A DNA stretch of 64,000 nucleotides. Origin: a bacterium (lineage in GTDB: Bacteria; UBA8248). Made by a program: the position numbers and the translations under genes. Location: assembly GCA_965219955.1 (NCBI GenBank), contig OZ244799.1, forward strand, positions 1,984,001 through 2,048,000. Direction: 5' to 3'. Positions 19,603 to 29,790 of this stretch are shown here, one piece after another. The notes beneath the pieces are model-generated. The model did no database searches, was not told the DNA's origin, and worked only from the letters and a program-made list of their open reading frames with translations. How positions within the stretch are numbered: position 1 is the stretch's first letter; each line of letters begins with the position of its first letter.

Positions 19603-21327
19603 ATGAAAACGGACATTCTCATCCTGGGTTCGGGCGGCGCGGGCCTGCTGGCCGCGCTCGCCGCGCACACGAAAAACCCGGCCCTCGACATCACCGTGGC
19701 GGTCAAGGGTTTATTTGGGAAAAGCGGCTGCACGCGCATGGTGCAGGGCGGCTACAACGTCGCGCTCGCCGAGACCGACTCGGTGGAGAACCACTTTCTC
19801 GACACCTTACAGGGCGGGGCGTGGATTAACGATCAGGAACTCGCCTGGACGCTCGTGAGCCGCGCGCCCGGCTGCGTGGAGCGGCTCGAAACCGTGTGCG
19901 GGTGCTTTTTCGACCGAAACGAGGACGGCACGATCCACCAGAAAGCCTTCGCGGGCCAGAGCTTCGACCGCACGGTGCACAAGGGCGACTTGACGGGCAT
20001 CGAGATCACCAACCGCGTGGCGGAACAACTCGTCAGGCGCGGGGTGGACGTTCTGGAGGAAACGCGCGCCGTGGCCCTCCTGCCGGCAAGAAGGGAGCCG
20101 GAGCGGGTGGCGGGCGCGCTACTCCTCGACATCCAAAGCGGGGAATTCATCGCCGTGAACGCGAAGTGCACCCTCCTCGCCACGGGCGGCGGCCCCACGC
20201 TCTATAAAATCTCCGCCTGTGCGCAGGAACTCGCCACCGACGGCATGGCAATCGCCTGGGAGGCGGGCGCATCGTTCTGCGACATGGAGATGGTGCAGTT
20301 CCACCCCACGGGCATCCTGACGGGAGACGGCCTCCAGATAACCGGCACGCTGCTCGAAGAAGGCCTGCGCGGCGCGGGCGGGCATCTGAAAAACGCGGCG
20401 GGCGAGCGCTACATGGAGCGCTACGACCCCGAGCGCATGGAGCGCGCCACACGCGACGTGGTATCGCGCGCGGGCTACACCGAGATCATCGAGGGCCGGG
20501 GCACCGAGCGCGGCGGCGTGTTCATCGACGTGAGCCACCTGGGAAAGTCCTTCGTGCGCAAGAACTTCAAGGGCATGGTCGAGCGCTGCGCCGATCTGGG
20601 CTACGACCTGGTCGGCGGCCCCGTGGAGGTGACCCCCACCGCGCACTACATGATGGGCGGCGTGAAGATAGACACCGCGTGCCGCACGAATTTATCGGGT
20701 CTTTACGCCGCGGGCGAGGACGCGGGCGGCACGCACGGCGCGAACCGCCTGGGCGGGAACGGGGTGGCGAACGCCACGGTGTTCGGCGAGATTGCGGGGG
20801 AAGCCATGGCCGAAGAGGCGGCGGACTCCCCCCTCCTCCCCTATGACGCGGAGGCGCTATCGAGTGCTGAGGAGAAAACGCTGGACGCGCTGGGCGAAGG
20901 CGAACCGCCCTACCCGATCCGGGCGGAACTGAAAGACACCATGTGGAACAAGGTGGGGCTGAGAAGAAACGGCGCGGACATCCAGAGCGGGGTCCGCCTC
21001 CTGCACGATCTGAAGAGACGCGCGGCCGAGGCCCGCGCGGGAGGCGGGCGCGCCTACAACCTCGCCTGGCAGCACGCGCTCGACGTGAGAAACCAGGTTG
21101 CGGTCGCGGAACTCATCGCCTTCTCCGCGCTCGAGCGCGACGAGAGCCGGGGGAGCCACTACCGAGACGATTGCCCCGATACGGGGGATGAGGACCTCTA
21201 CAACGTCTATATCAAAAAAGAGGGCGATGCGGCGGTCATCGAGCGGAAACCCGTCGCGTTTCCCCGCCTGAGCCCGAAAGCGGAGCCGGCCGCACTGGCG
21301 GAGCCCGACCCCAATTTCATCGACTGA
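19603..21327 (+). CDS. Succinate dehydrogenase/fumarate reductase-like flavoprotein (non-covalent FAD type)
   Basis: ILGSGGAG, SGCTRMVQGG, QFHPT, HYMMGG, HGANRLGGN and ESRGSHYR motifs. Confidence 0.9.
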   Translation: MKTDILILGSGGAGLLAALAAHTKNPALDITVAVKGLFGKSGCTRMVQGGYNVALAETDSVENHFLDTLQGGAWINDQELAWTLVSRAPGCVERLETVCGCFFDRNEDGTIHQKAFAGQSFDRTVHKGDLTGIEITNRVAEQLVRRGVDVLEETRAVALLPARREPERVAGALLLDIQSGEFIAVNAKCTLLATGGGPTLYKISACAQELATDGMAIAWEAGASFCDMEMVQFHPTGILTGDGLQITGTLLEEGLRGAGGHLKNAAGERYMERYDPERMERATRDVVSRAGYTEIIEGRGTERGGVFIDVSHLGKSFVRKNFKGMVERCADLGYDLVGGPVEVTPTAHYMMGGVKIDTACRTNLSGLYAAGEDAGGTHGANRLGGNGVANATVFGEIAGEAMAEEAADSPLLPYDAEALSSAEEKTLDALGEGEPPYPIRAELKDTMWNKVGLRRNGADIQSGVRLLHDLKRRAAEARAGGGRAYNLAWQHALDVRNQVAVAELIAFSALERDESRGSHYRDDCPDTGDEDLYNVYIKKEGDAAVIERKPVAFPRLSPKAEPAALAEPDPNFID

Positions 21328-21352
21328 CGACAATGCGGAGCGAGACCCGAGA

Positions 21353-21706
21353 ATGACGAGCACAAAAGAGCCTCCGGCCACCAACAAACCACCCGTCTGG
21401 AAGGTCAGCGCCTGGCGCTCGATGTATCCCGGCATGTGGTCCTGGGTACTGCAGAGGCTCTCCGCCCTCGCGCTCATCGTCCTGTTCCCGATCCACGTGA
21501 TGAACCCCTACATCGATTCGGTGCGGATCACGATGCTGCTGCTCGTCGTATGGCACGCCATGCACGGCATAAAAGTGATTCTGACCGATTTCGGCTTTCC
21601 GGACCGCCACCAGCGGAAACTCTTCTGGGTGCTGTGCGTAGTGGGCGTCGCCGCGTTTTTCTGGCTGGCCTACATGCATACCGAATACTGGAGGTTCATG
21701 GCGTGA
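21353..21706 (+). CDS. SdhC-like membrane anchor (cytochrome b)
   Basis: WSWVLQRLS and HAMHGIKVIL motifs; three TM segments. Confidence 0.8.
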   Translation: MTSTKEPPATNKPPVWKVSAWRSMYPGMWSWVLQRLSALALIVLFPIHVMNPYIDSVRITMLLLVVWHAMHGIKVILTDFGFPDRHQRKLFWVLCVVGVAAFFWLAYMHTEYWRFMA

Positions 21707-22554
21707 ACGAAGACGCGCGAATCACCGAAGGAGCGCCGGATAAGGCGACGCCGGAAGAGCCTGCTCCTGAGAAAGAGGCGAAAGAAGATAAGGAGCAAGA
21801 GCGCCCGAGCGTACGCGTCAGAATCCGCCGGGGCGGCGCTGCGGACGATCCCGAAGCGCGCTTCGATACATACGAAATCGAGACCGGCCCGCGCATGACG
21901 GTGCTCGACGCCCTGGTCGCCGTCCAGAGCGCGCAGGAGCCCGCGCTTTCGTTCCGCTACTCCTGCCGGGTGGGCATGTGCGGCACCTGTGCGCTGCGCG
22001 TCAACGGGCGCCCCGCATGGGCCTGCAGAACAAGGCTCGAAGGCTTGGGGGAAGAAATCACGCTCGAGCCGCTCACCAATTTCCCGGTTCTCCGCGACCT
22101 GGCGGTCGACATGTCGCCGTTCTTCGCGAAGATGAAACGCGCGCGCGGCTGGCTCGAACCCACCAGCGCGGCGGAGAAGGCCCCTGCGCTCATCGCGCCG
22201 AATTCACGCGAGCGCAAGCGCATCGAGCCGCACATCGAGTGCATCACGTGCGGAATCTGCTATGCTTCCTGCTCCATTGTAGGGCATGATAGTGACTACC
22301 TGGGGCCTGCGGCGCTGAACCGCGCCTACACGCTCGTGAACGACAGCCGCGACGCCCTGGGACTGGAGAGATTGTTGGAAGTTTGCAACGAGGACGGCGC
22401 CTGGCGCTGCCACTCGCAATACAACTGCACGGAGAGCTGCCCCAAGGGCATCAGCCCCACGGGCGCCATCAAGGGACTCAAGCGACGCGCCGCAGCGGGC
22501 GGCGTCAAACGATTCGCCGCATCCATCTTCCGGGGCCGCGCGCCCGGCGGGTGA
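21703..22554 (+). CDS. SdhB/FrdB-like iron-sulfur subunit
   Basis: SCRVGMCGTC, CITCGICYASC and CHSQYNCTESCP motifs; GTG start overlapping the upstream stop. Confidence 0.92.
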   Translation: MNEDARITEGAPDKATPEEPAPEKEAKEDKEQERPSVRVRIRRGGAADDPEARFDTYEIETGPRMTVLDALVAVQSAQEPALSFRYSCRVGMCGTCALRVNGRPAWACRTRLEGLGEEITLEPLTNFPVLRDLAVDMSPFFAKMKRARGWLEPTSAAEKAPALIAPNSRERKRIEPHIECITCGICYASCSIVGHDSDYLGPAALNRAYTLVNDSRDALGLERLLEVCNEDGAWRCHSQYNCTESCPKGISPTGAIKGLKRRAAAGGVKRFAASIFRGRAPGG

Positions 22555-22573
22555 GAGCGGGGAGGACATCAAA

Positions 22574-23524
22574 ATGCCGACTGTCGATACACAAGCCATC
22601 AGCAGCGAACTGATCAGAGAGGTTGCTTTCGAGCTCAACCGCCGCGCCGCCATCGGAATACCGAAGGACGTGGGCGATTCCATCGCCGACATGGCCGAGC
22701 GCGAGACCCAGAAGCTCTCGAAGTTCGTCTTGCTGGAAATCGTCAACAACTACAAGGTCGCCGTGGACGAGCAGCGCCCCATGTGCGCCGACACGGGGCT
22801 TCCGCGCTTCTACGCTAAAATCGGGAACGACGCGGCGATCGAGGGCGGCTTCGTGGCGCTCGAGCGCTCGGTCCGCCAGGGCACGGCGGACGCCACCGAG
22901 CGCGTGCCCCTGCGTCCGAACCGCGTGCATCCCATCACCCGGCACGACTACAACAACAACGTCGGCATCCACGCCCCCACGGTGGACTACTCCTGGGAGC
23001 CGGACGTCGACTGGATAGAGCTCACCAGCTTCCACAAGGGGGGCCTGTTCGGCGGGGACTACCGGATGCTCTTCCCCACCGACGGCATCGACGGCATCAA
23101 GCGCTTCTTCCTCGACGTGATCAGCGAGTTCTTCAAGCGCGGCCTCTCGTGCCAGCCCGCCATCGTGGGAATCGGCATCGGCGGCACGAAGGACACCTGC
23201 GTGCGCCTCGCCAAGGAGGCGGCCTGTCTCCGCGTGGTGGGGGACAGGAACCCGGACCCCCAGATCGCGGAATTAGAAGAGGATTTGAACGACCTGGGCA
23301 AAAGGACGAGCCTCGGCCCCATGGGCTTCAAGGGCGAGGGCGCGGTGATGGACACCCACATCGAGGTGGCCTACACCCACACCGGCGGCATGCCCATCTC
23401 GATCCACCACCAGTGCTTCGCGCTCCGGCGCGCCACCGCGCGAATCCACCCCGACGGACAGGTGGAATACCGCGAAAACCCCCTCTGGTTCACCGACTAC
23501 TACCGCCGCGACAGCGTCGCCTGA
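22574..23524 (+). CDS. Fe-S hydro-lyase alpha subunit (class I fumarase / tartrate dehydratase family)
   Basis: RPMCADTG, LRPN, CQPAIVGIGIGG and GPMGFKG motifs. Confidence 0.88.
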   Translation: MPTVDTQAISSELIREVAFELNRRAAIGIPKDVGDSIADMAERETQKLSKFVLLEIVNNYKVAVDEQRPMCADTGLPRFYAKIGNDAAIEGGFVALERSVRQGTADATERVPLRPNRVHPITRHDYNNNVGIHAPTVDYSWEPDVDWIELTSFHKGGLFGGDYRMLFPTDGIDGIKRFFLDVISEFFKRGLSCQPAIVGIGIGGTKDTCVRLAKEAACLRVVGDRNPDPQIAELEEDLNDLGKRTSLGPMGFKGEGAVMDTHIEVAYTHTGGMPISIHHQCFALRRATARIHPDGQVEYRENPLWFTDYYRRDSVA

Positions 23525-23546
23525 GCGGCTTGGGAGACTTTTGGAC

Positions 23547-24230
23547 ATGAGCGGCACCGCAGACCTGGAAATGAAGGAGCATCACCTCACCACACCCGCC
23601 ACGCCCGAGGATCTGGCGAAGCTCGAACTCGGCGACGTCGTCTATTTCGACGGCCTGGTATTCACCGGCAGAATCGGCCTCTACAAGAAATTATTTGATG
23701 AAAAAGCGCCGCCGCCGGTGGACATCGCCTCGCTCACGAACGTGACGTTCCACTGCTCGCCCGCCGTGGGGAAGAACGAATCGGGCGAGTGGGAGGTGGC
23801 CGCGGTCACGGCCACGGCGAGTTTTCGCTTCGAGAAGCACCTCCCCCTGCTCATGGACGGGCACGGGATACGCTGCGTCATCGGCAAGGGCGGCATGGCG
23901 CAGGAATTTTACGAGAAACACTTCAAGCGGCTGGGCGCGGTGTTCCTGAACACGGTGGGCTACGGCATCGGCGCGCAGTACGGGCGCGGCATCACCGGCG
24001 TCAAAGACGTCTACTGGCTCGACGAACTCGGCATCGCGCAGGCGATGTGGGTGTTCGAGGTGAAGAACTTCGGGCCGTTTCTCGTCGAATGCGACGCCCG
24101 CGGCAACAGCCTCTACCAGATGGCGCTCGCCGAGACGAACGTGGAGCTGAGCAAGCTCTACGAGGGGCTGCCGCTTCCAACGCTCAAGCGCATGGGCGAG
24201 GTGCACAACCCCGAGGACGAGGTTTTCTAG
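23547..24230 (+). CDS. Fe-S hydro-lyase beta subunit
   Basis: LELGDVVYFDG, IGKGGM and ELGIAQAMWVFEVKNFGP motifs. Confidence 0.88.
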   Translation: MSGTADLEMKEHHLTTPATPEDLAKLELGDVVYFDGLVFTGRIGLYKKLFDEKAPPPVDIASLTNVTFHCSPAVGKNESGEWEVAAVTATASFRFEKHLPLLMDGHGIRCVIGKGGMAQEFYEKHFKRLGAVFLNTVGYGIGAQYGRGITGVKDVYWLDELGIAQAMWVFEVKNFGPFLVECDARGNSLYQMALAETNVELSKLYEGLPLPTLKRMGEVHNPEDEVF

Positions 24231-24278
24231 CAATATCCCCTGAAATACGAACCGGACCACCGACGAGAGGATAAGAAA

Positions 24279-25286
24279 TTGTCGAAAGGAATCGCCTGGG
24301 TCACCACCAGTTGGCTGAGCGGCCTCGAAGACCCGATGCGCCACTTCAAACGGCTTGAAACCGAGGCGGGTCTCGAAGTCAGAATCGAATCGAACGGGGT
24401 GGACAAGACCGAAGAAGAACTCATCGCCTCGCTTCCCGGCGTGGTCGTCACCTTCCCGAGCAACGACCCCTACAACGAGCGCACCCTGGCGGCGGGGACG
24501 CATCTCAAGCACATCGCCAGGACGGGCGTGGGCTTCAACTCCGTCGATCTGGACGCCGCCACGCGCCACGGGGTGGTCGTCACCAACGCGCCGGGCCAGA
24601 ACTCGGATTCCGTGGCCGAGCACGCCATCGGCCTCATGCTGTGCATCGCGCGGAATATCGCCTTATCCGACAAGAAGATGCGCGCGGGCGAGTGGGCGGA
24701 CCTTAGAGTCCCCATATCCCCGCTCCGGGGCAAGACGCTGGGGATCATCGGGCTCGGCAACATCGGCAAGCGCGTGGCGAGGCGCGCCGCCGCCTTCGGC
24801 ATGGAGGTCATCGCGCATGACATCGTGCGCGACGAGCGCTTCGCCGCCGAGGTGGGCGTATTCTTCGAGACGCGCGAGGAGGTGACGCGCAGGGCGGATT
24901 TCATCACCTGCCACGTGCCTCTCAACGATTCGACGCGCGGCATGGTGGACGAGAAGTTCCTCTCCTCGATGAAGCCGGGCGCCTATCTCATCAACACCTC
25001 GCGCGGTCCCGTGGTGGACCTGGACGCCGCCGCTAAGGCCCTGGAGCGCGGGATCATCCAGGGTGCTGCGCTGGACGTTTTCCCGAACGAGCCGGCCGAC
25101 CACCGCCACCGCATCTTCTCGCTCGACAACGTCGTCCTCACCCCGCACATCGCGGGCCTGGGCGAGGATGCGTGTGAGCAGTCGCTCGAATTCGCCGTCA
25201 CCGCAGCACTCGACGTCATCGCCGGGAGGCGTCCCGCCGGCCTGCTGAACCCCGGGGTGCTGGAAAAAGCGGGCATCGAGGACTAG
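24279..25286 (+). CDS. D-isomer-specific 2-hydroxyacid dehydrogenase (SerA-like)
   Basis: GLGNIG, INTSRG, ALDVFPNEP and TPHIAG motifs. Confidence 0.92.
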   Translation: MSKGIAWVTTSWLSGLEDPMRHFKRLETEAGLEVRIESNGVDKTEEELIASLPGVVVTFPSNDPYNERTLAAGTHLKHIARTGVGFNSVDLDAATRHGVVVTNAPGQNSDSVAEHAIGLMLCIARNIALSDKKMRAGEWADLRVPISPLRGKTLGIIGLGNIGKRVARRAAAFGMEVIAHDIVRDERFAAEVGVFFETREEVTRRADFITCHVPLNDSTRGMVDEKFLSSMKPGAYLINTSRGPVVDLDAAAKALERGIIQGAALDVFPNEPADHRHRIFSLDNVVLTPHIAGLGEDACEQSLEFAVTAALDVIAGRRPAGLLNPGVLEKAGIED

Positions 25287-25359
25287 AGTGAATCGCCGCC
25301 TTATCTCCGAGCCGCCGTTTCGGGATCATTAAATTCGCCGCCGCCACGAGGAAGAATTC

Positions 25360-26757
25360 ATGCGGAAAACCAACAAGCTGCGCGCGCTGCTGATCGGCGC
25401 CGGCCTCCTCCTTTTCTTCGCCGGAGGAGCCATCGCCGCAGACACCAGGGGGGATACCGCCCTGCGCGTTCCCTGGAACGTGACGGAGCACAGGATGAAG
25501 AACGGCATGCGCGCCCTCCTGCTGCCCGATAACAGCGCGCCCATGGTGGTCATGAAGGTCTGGTACGCCGTCGGCAGCCGCGACGAGCAGCCCGGCCTCA
25601 CGGGGGTCGCGCATTATCTCGAGCACATGATGTTCCGCGGCACGAAGAAATACGGCCCCAGGAAATTCAGCGAGATCATCAAGAAAAACGGCGGCTCCCA
25701 CAACGCGTTCACGAGCTTCGACTACACCGCGTACTACGAGCGCATCGCCGCGGACAGGCTCGAACTCATCATCGAACTCGAAGCCGACCGCATGGTGAAC
25801 ATGGTTCTCGAGAAGAAGGCCTTCGACGCGGAGAAGAACGTGGTGCACGAGGAAAGGCGCACCCGATACGACAGGCCGGTGGGCAAGTTCTGGGAGCAGC
25901 TTCGCGCCGTCGCCTACACGAACCACCCCTACAAGAACCCGATCATCGGCTGGCCCGAAGATATAGAAGCCATCACCATCAAGGACATGCAGGCGTTCTA
26001 CAGGCGCTACTACAGCCCCGAGAACGCCGTCGCCGTCCTGGTGGGCGATTTCAAGGCCGAAGAGGCCATCGCGCTTCTCGAAAAGCACTTCGGGAAAATC
26101 CCCAAATCCCCCACCTTCCGGAAAAGGCCCGATCTCGCCGAGTTCCCCCAGAAGTCGGAGCGCAGGGTGTACGTTCGCGCGGACGCCCAGCTCCCCTACG
26201 TGGCGATCGGCTATCACGCCCCCAACTGGAAGAGCGAGGACGCGCCCGCTCTCGTGATGCTCGAGGCCATCCTGGGCGGCGGGGAAACCTCGCGCCTCCA
26301 CCAGAGGCTCGTGCGCAAGGACACTCTCGCCTTAGGCGCGGGTTCTGATTACACCTACATCTCGGTGGACCCGATGATCTTCTATCTCTACGCGCGGGTG
26401 GCGCCCGGCAAAAAGGCCGCCGACGCCGAGAAAGCCCTGCTCGAGGAGGTGGAAAAACTCATCGAAAAAGGCGTGACGGACGAGGAGTTCCGCCGCGCGA
26501 TCAGGAACATCGAGGCGAAGATGGTTTTCGCCATGGACTCGCACTACTACCGGGCGAGGCTCCTCGGCTCGGCGGCCATAGCGGGCGACTGGCGGCTGCT
26601 CGAAGGCTACCTGCCCGCCCTGAGGAAGGTGACGCCCGCCGACGTGGTCCGCGTCGCCAGGAAATACCTGCGCCACAAGAACAAGACCACCGCCGAACTC
26701 ATACCGACAAAGAAGAGCCGCCGCGCGAACGCCGCCAAAAGCCGGGGAGGATACTAG
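25360..26757 (+). CDS. M16 zinc peptidase, catalytic subunit
   Basis: HYLEHMMFRGT inverted zincin motif; signal peptide. Confidence 0.94.
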   Translation: MRKTNKLRALLIGAGLLLFFAGGAIAADTRGDTALRVPWNVTEHRMKNGMRALLLPDNSAPMVVMKVWYAVGSRDEQPGLTGVAHYLEHMMFRGTKKYGPRKFSEIIKKNGGSHNAFTSFDYTAYYERIAADRLELIIELEADRMVNMVLEKKAFDAEKNVVHEERRTRYDRPVGKFWEQLRAVAYTNHPYKNPIIGWPEDIEAITIKDMQAFYRRYYSPENAVAVLVGDFKAEEAIALLEKHFGKIPKSPTFRKRPDLAEFPQKSERRVYVRADAQLPYVAIGYHAPNWKSEDAPALVMLEAILGGGETSRLHQRLVRKDTLALGAGSDYTYISVDPMIFYLYARVAPGKKAADAEKALLEEVEKLIEKGVTDEEFRRAIRNIEAKMVFAMDSHYYRARLLGSAAIAGDWRLLEGYLPALRKVTPADVVRVARKYLRHKNKTTAELIPTKKSRRANAAKSRGGY

Positions 26758-26758
26758 C

Positions 26759-28087
26759 ATGAGGCTCCACCGCATCCTCTGGACACTGGCCGCCGCACTC
26801 CTGCTGCCCGCCCTGGCATGGGCGGACGTCATCACCTACGAGCGTGAGGAATTGCCCGGCGGCGGCGTATTGCTCGTCAAGCAGAGCAGGCAACTGCCCA
26901 TGGTGCGGGTCGCCGTCTCGATTCCGGCGGGCGCGCGCCATGAAGCGCCCGAACAGGCGGGACTCGCGAACCTGACCGCCGCACTCCTCACCCGGGGAAC
27001 AAAAACGAGAAGCGCTTCGGAGGTCGAGAAGCTGAACGACGCCCTGGGCGGCGGCGTGGGCATGGAGGCAGGCCGCGCGCGCGCAGGAGCCTCCATGCGC
27101 GTGCTCACGCGGGATCTGGAAGAGGGCCTATCACTTCTGAGCGACGTTCTCAGAAACCCCGTCTTTCCGGCGGAGGAGGTCGGCAAGACGAAGCGGCGCA
27201 TCGCGGGCGGCATGCGCAGGCAGCGCGAGCGTCCCGGCCATCTGGCGAACAAGGCGCTCCGGAAAAGCCTCTTTGGGGAAACGCCCTACGGCCGCCTGGT
27301 CGAGGGCACGGAGGCGTCGATCAGGAAACTGGGCAGGGAGGACATCGTCCGCTTCCACCGGAAATGGTACGGCATGAAGGGGACGATCTTCGTCTTCGTG
27401 GGCGACGTTTCACTCAAGCGCGCGAGAGAACTCGTTCTGGCCCGCTTCAAGGGCTGGCGGGCGGAGGGAGGAAAAATCCCGGAAACCGCCCCGCCCGAGA
27501 CGCCCACGAAGATGCAGGTGCTCAAGATCGACCGCCCCCTCACCCAGACCACGGTGATGCTGGGCAACCGCTCGCTCAAGCGCACGCATCCTGATTTCTA
27601 CGCCGCGCGCGTGATGAACTACATTCTGGGCGGCGGCGGGTTTTCGAGCAGAATCATGGACAACCTGAGAGAAGAAAAGGGTCTCGTTTACAGCGCCTAC
27701 AGCTATTTCGCCTCGGGCCGTCATGCGGGCCACTGGCGGCTCATGCTCCAGACGAAGAACAAGACAGCGAACGAGGCCATCAAAGAGGCAATCGCGGAGG
27801 TGAAGCGCATCAAGGAAAAAGGGGTGAGCGACAAGGAGCTTCAAGACGCCAGGGATTTCATTACCGGGAACTTCGCCACGCGCTTCGGCTCATCGAGCCG
27901 CATCGCGAATTACATTCTCGCCGTGGAGATTCTGGGCTTCTCCCCCGGCTACGCGGATGTATACCTGAAAAAAATCCGCGCCGTCACGAAGAAGCAAATT
28001 CAGGACGCCGCGAGAAAACACATCAAGCTCGACGAATCCATTCTCGCGGTGGTGGGAAACCTGAACGAGGCGAAACTGGCCTATTGA
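26759..28087 (+). CDS. M16 peptidase, non-catalytic subunit
   Basis: GLANLTAALLTRG in place of HxxEH; LGGGGFSSR and REEKGLVY motifs. Confidence 0.92.
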   Translation: MRLHRILWTLAAALLLPALAWADVITYEREELPGGGVLLVKQSRQLPMVRVAVSIPAGARHEAPEQAGLANLTAALLTRGTKTRSASEVEKLNDALGGGVGMEAGRARAGASMRVLTRDLEEGLSLLSDVLRNPVFPAEEVGKTKRRIAGGMRRQRERPGHLANKALRKSLFGETPYGRLVEGTEASIRKLGREDIVRFHRKWYGMKGTIFVFVGDVSLKRARELVLARFKGWRAEGGKIPETAPPETPTKMQVLKIDRPLTQTTVMLGNRSLKRTHPDFYAARVMNYILGGGGFSSRIMDNLREEKGLVYSAYSYFASGRHAGHWRLMLQTKNKTANEAIKEAIAEVKRIKEKGVSDKELQDARDFITGNFATRFGSSSRIANYILAVEILGFSPGYADVYLKKIRAVTKKQIQDAARKHIKLDESILAVVGNLNEAKLAY

Positions 28088-28116
28088 GGCCCGGGGGCGG
28101 ATGAGGAGGAATAAAG

Positions 28117-28512
28117 ATGAAGCGCGAAACAGTAACGCCCGATGCGCTGGCCGCGCCCGCGGGGCATTTCTCGCACGGGGTCATCGCCGAGGGCGGGCGC
28201 ACGCTCTACGTGGCGGGCCAGACGCCGCTCGATGAGGACGGCAACATCGTCTGCCCAGGCGACCCGGAGGGACAGGCGCGCCAGTGCTACCGGAACATCC
28301 AGAAGGTGGTGGAGGCGGCCGGCGGACGCATGGCGGATACGGCCAAGATCCAGGTCTTCGTGACGAGTCTCGACTACAGGGCCGCCGTCGGCAAGGTGCG
28401 GGCCGAGTTCTTTCCGGATGACCCGCCGGTGAGCACGTTCCTGGTGATCTCGAGTCTGGCCGAGCCCGGTTTTCTGGTCGAAGTCGAGGCGATCGTCCCC
28501 CTGCCCGGATAA
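28117..28512 (+). CDS. RidA/YjgF family protein
   Basis: LYVAGQ and PPVST..LVEVEA motifs. Confidence 0.9.
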   Translation: MKRETVTPDALAAPAGHFSHGVIAEGGRTLYVAGQTPLDEDGNIVCPGDPEGQARQCYRNIQKVVEAAGGRMADTAKIQVFVTSLDYRAAVGKVRAEFFPDDPPVSTFLVISSLAEPGFLVEVEAIVPLPG

Positions 28513-28523
28513 AAGAGACAGCG

Positions 28524-28916
28524 GTGAGCGGAAAAACAACCCTGCGATGGGCGTTCGCGCTCGCATATATGGCGGGGATTCACCTCTGGACGGCGACGGG
28601 CGGGCGGAATCCCTCCACACCCATGCCGTTCGGGGTGGACAAAATCGTGCACCTCTGCGAGTTTGGGCTTCTCGCCCGGCTGCTCTGGCGGCCCTGGCGG
28701 GAAACGCTCCCCCACTGGGCCGAGGGGAAAACAGCCGCCTTCGTCTTGGTTCTCACGGCCTTGAACGGCCTGGGCGACGAGTTGCACCAGCTTTTCCTCC
28801 CCCACAGGACCGCCACGTGGGGAGACCTGGCGGCGGACATCGCGGGCGGCGGGGCCGCCGTCATGTGGTGTCTGCACCGCGAGAAGGGGAGGCCCTCTGC
28901 AGTGAGACCGCAATAG
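28524..28916 (+). CDS. VanZ family membrane protein
   Basis: DKIVH..EFG and DELHQLFLPHR..D..AD motifs. Confidence 0.85.
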   Translation: MSGKTTLRWAFALAYMAGIHLWTATGGRNPSTPMPFGVDKIVHLCEFGLLARLLWRPWRETLPHWAEGKTAAFVLVLTALNGLGDELHQLFLPHRTATWGDLAADIAGGGAAVMWCLHREKGRPSAVRPQ

Positions 28917-28925
28917 GAGAACTCG

Positions 28926-29375
28926 ATGGCCGGCATCCGGGAGGCGCTCACCGAAGACATGAAGGCCGCCATGCGCGCCAGGGAGACGCTCCGGCTCTCC
29001 ACCATCCGGATGGTGCGCGCCGAGATTTTGAACAAGGACAAGGAAGGCGGTGAAGAAACATCGGAAGAAGATATTCTCAAACTACTCCAAAGTATGGTAA
29101 AGAAACGGGAGGAAGCCGCCGAGCAGTACGCAGCCGCAGGCCGCGAGGATATGGCCCGGCAGGAACGAGATGAAATCCGGATCATCGAGGGCTATCTACC
29201 AGCGCAGATGGGGGATGCGGAAATCGAATCCGCCGCCCGGGCGATCATCGAGGAAACCGGAGCCTCCTCGATGAAAGACATGGGCAAGGTAATGGGAATT
29301 CTCACTCGTGAACTGGCCGGGCGCGCTACGGGCGCCCGGGTTTCCCAGGCGGTCCGGAAACTCCTGGGCACTTAG
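28926..29375 (+). CDS. GatB/YqeY domain protein
   Basis: DMKAAMRA, YLPAQM and MKDMGKVMG motifs. Confidence 0.93.
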   Translation: MAGIREALTEDMKAAMRARETLRLSTIRMVRAEILNKDKEGGEETSEEDILKLLQSMVKKREEAAEQYAAAGREDMARQERDEIRIIEGYLPAQMGDAEIESAARAIIEETGASSMKDMGKVMGILTRELAGRATGARVSQAVRKLLGT

Positions 29376-29394
29376 GTAAGAAGGAGGTCTCCAA

Positions 29395-29790
29395 ATGAAG
29401 AAGCCGACCTACCGCTTAGAAGACGTCGCCACAGCGTACCAATGCGAACCCGAGCAGGAGGAGATCATCTCTGCTCTGGCCGAGCGCGACTACCGTGTAT
29501 TCGAGGTCGAGCAGCCCGCCGGAGCCTTCGTGCCCTACCACACGCACGATGAGGAAGAAGCCGTGATCGTCATCGAGGGCCAGATGCAGTTCAACGTCGA
29601 GGAAGAACTCGTCCTCGTCCAGCAAGGCGAAGTGATCACCATCCGCGAGGAGGCGATACACAGCGCCGCCCAGATTGGAGAGGAGAAGGCAAAGCTCCTG
29701 CTCGCATTTCCGAATGACGGGAGCGACCCGCCGGTCATCGACCTCGACTGGGAGGGCGATGAGGAGGACGACAACCTCGGCTACGCCTGA
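29395..29790 (+). CDS. Cupin domain protein
   Basis: HTHDEEE...IH cupin motifs. Confidence 0.85.
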   Translation: MKKPTYRLEDVATAYQCEPEQEEIISALAERDYRVFEVEQPAGAFVPYHTHDEEEAVIVIEGQMQFNVEEELVLVQQGEVITIREEAIHSAAQIGEEKAKLLLAFPNDGSDPPVIDLDWEGDEEDDNLGYA

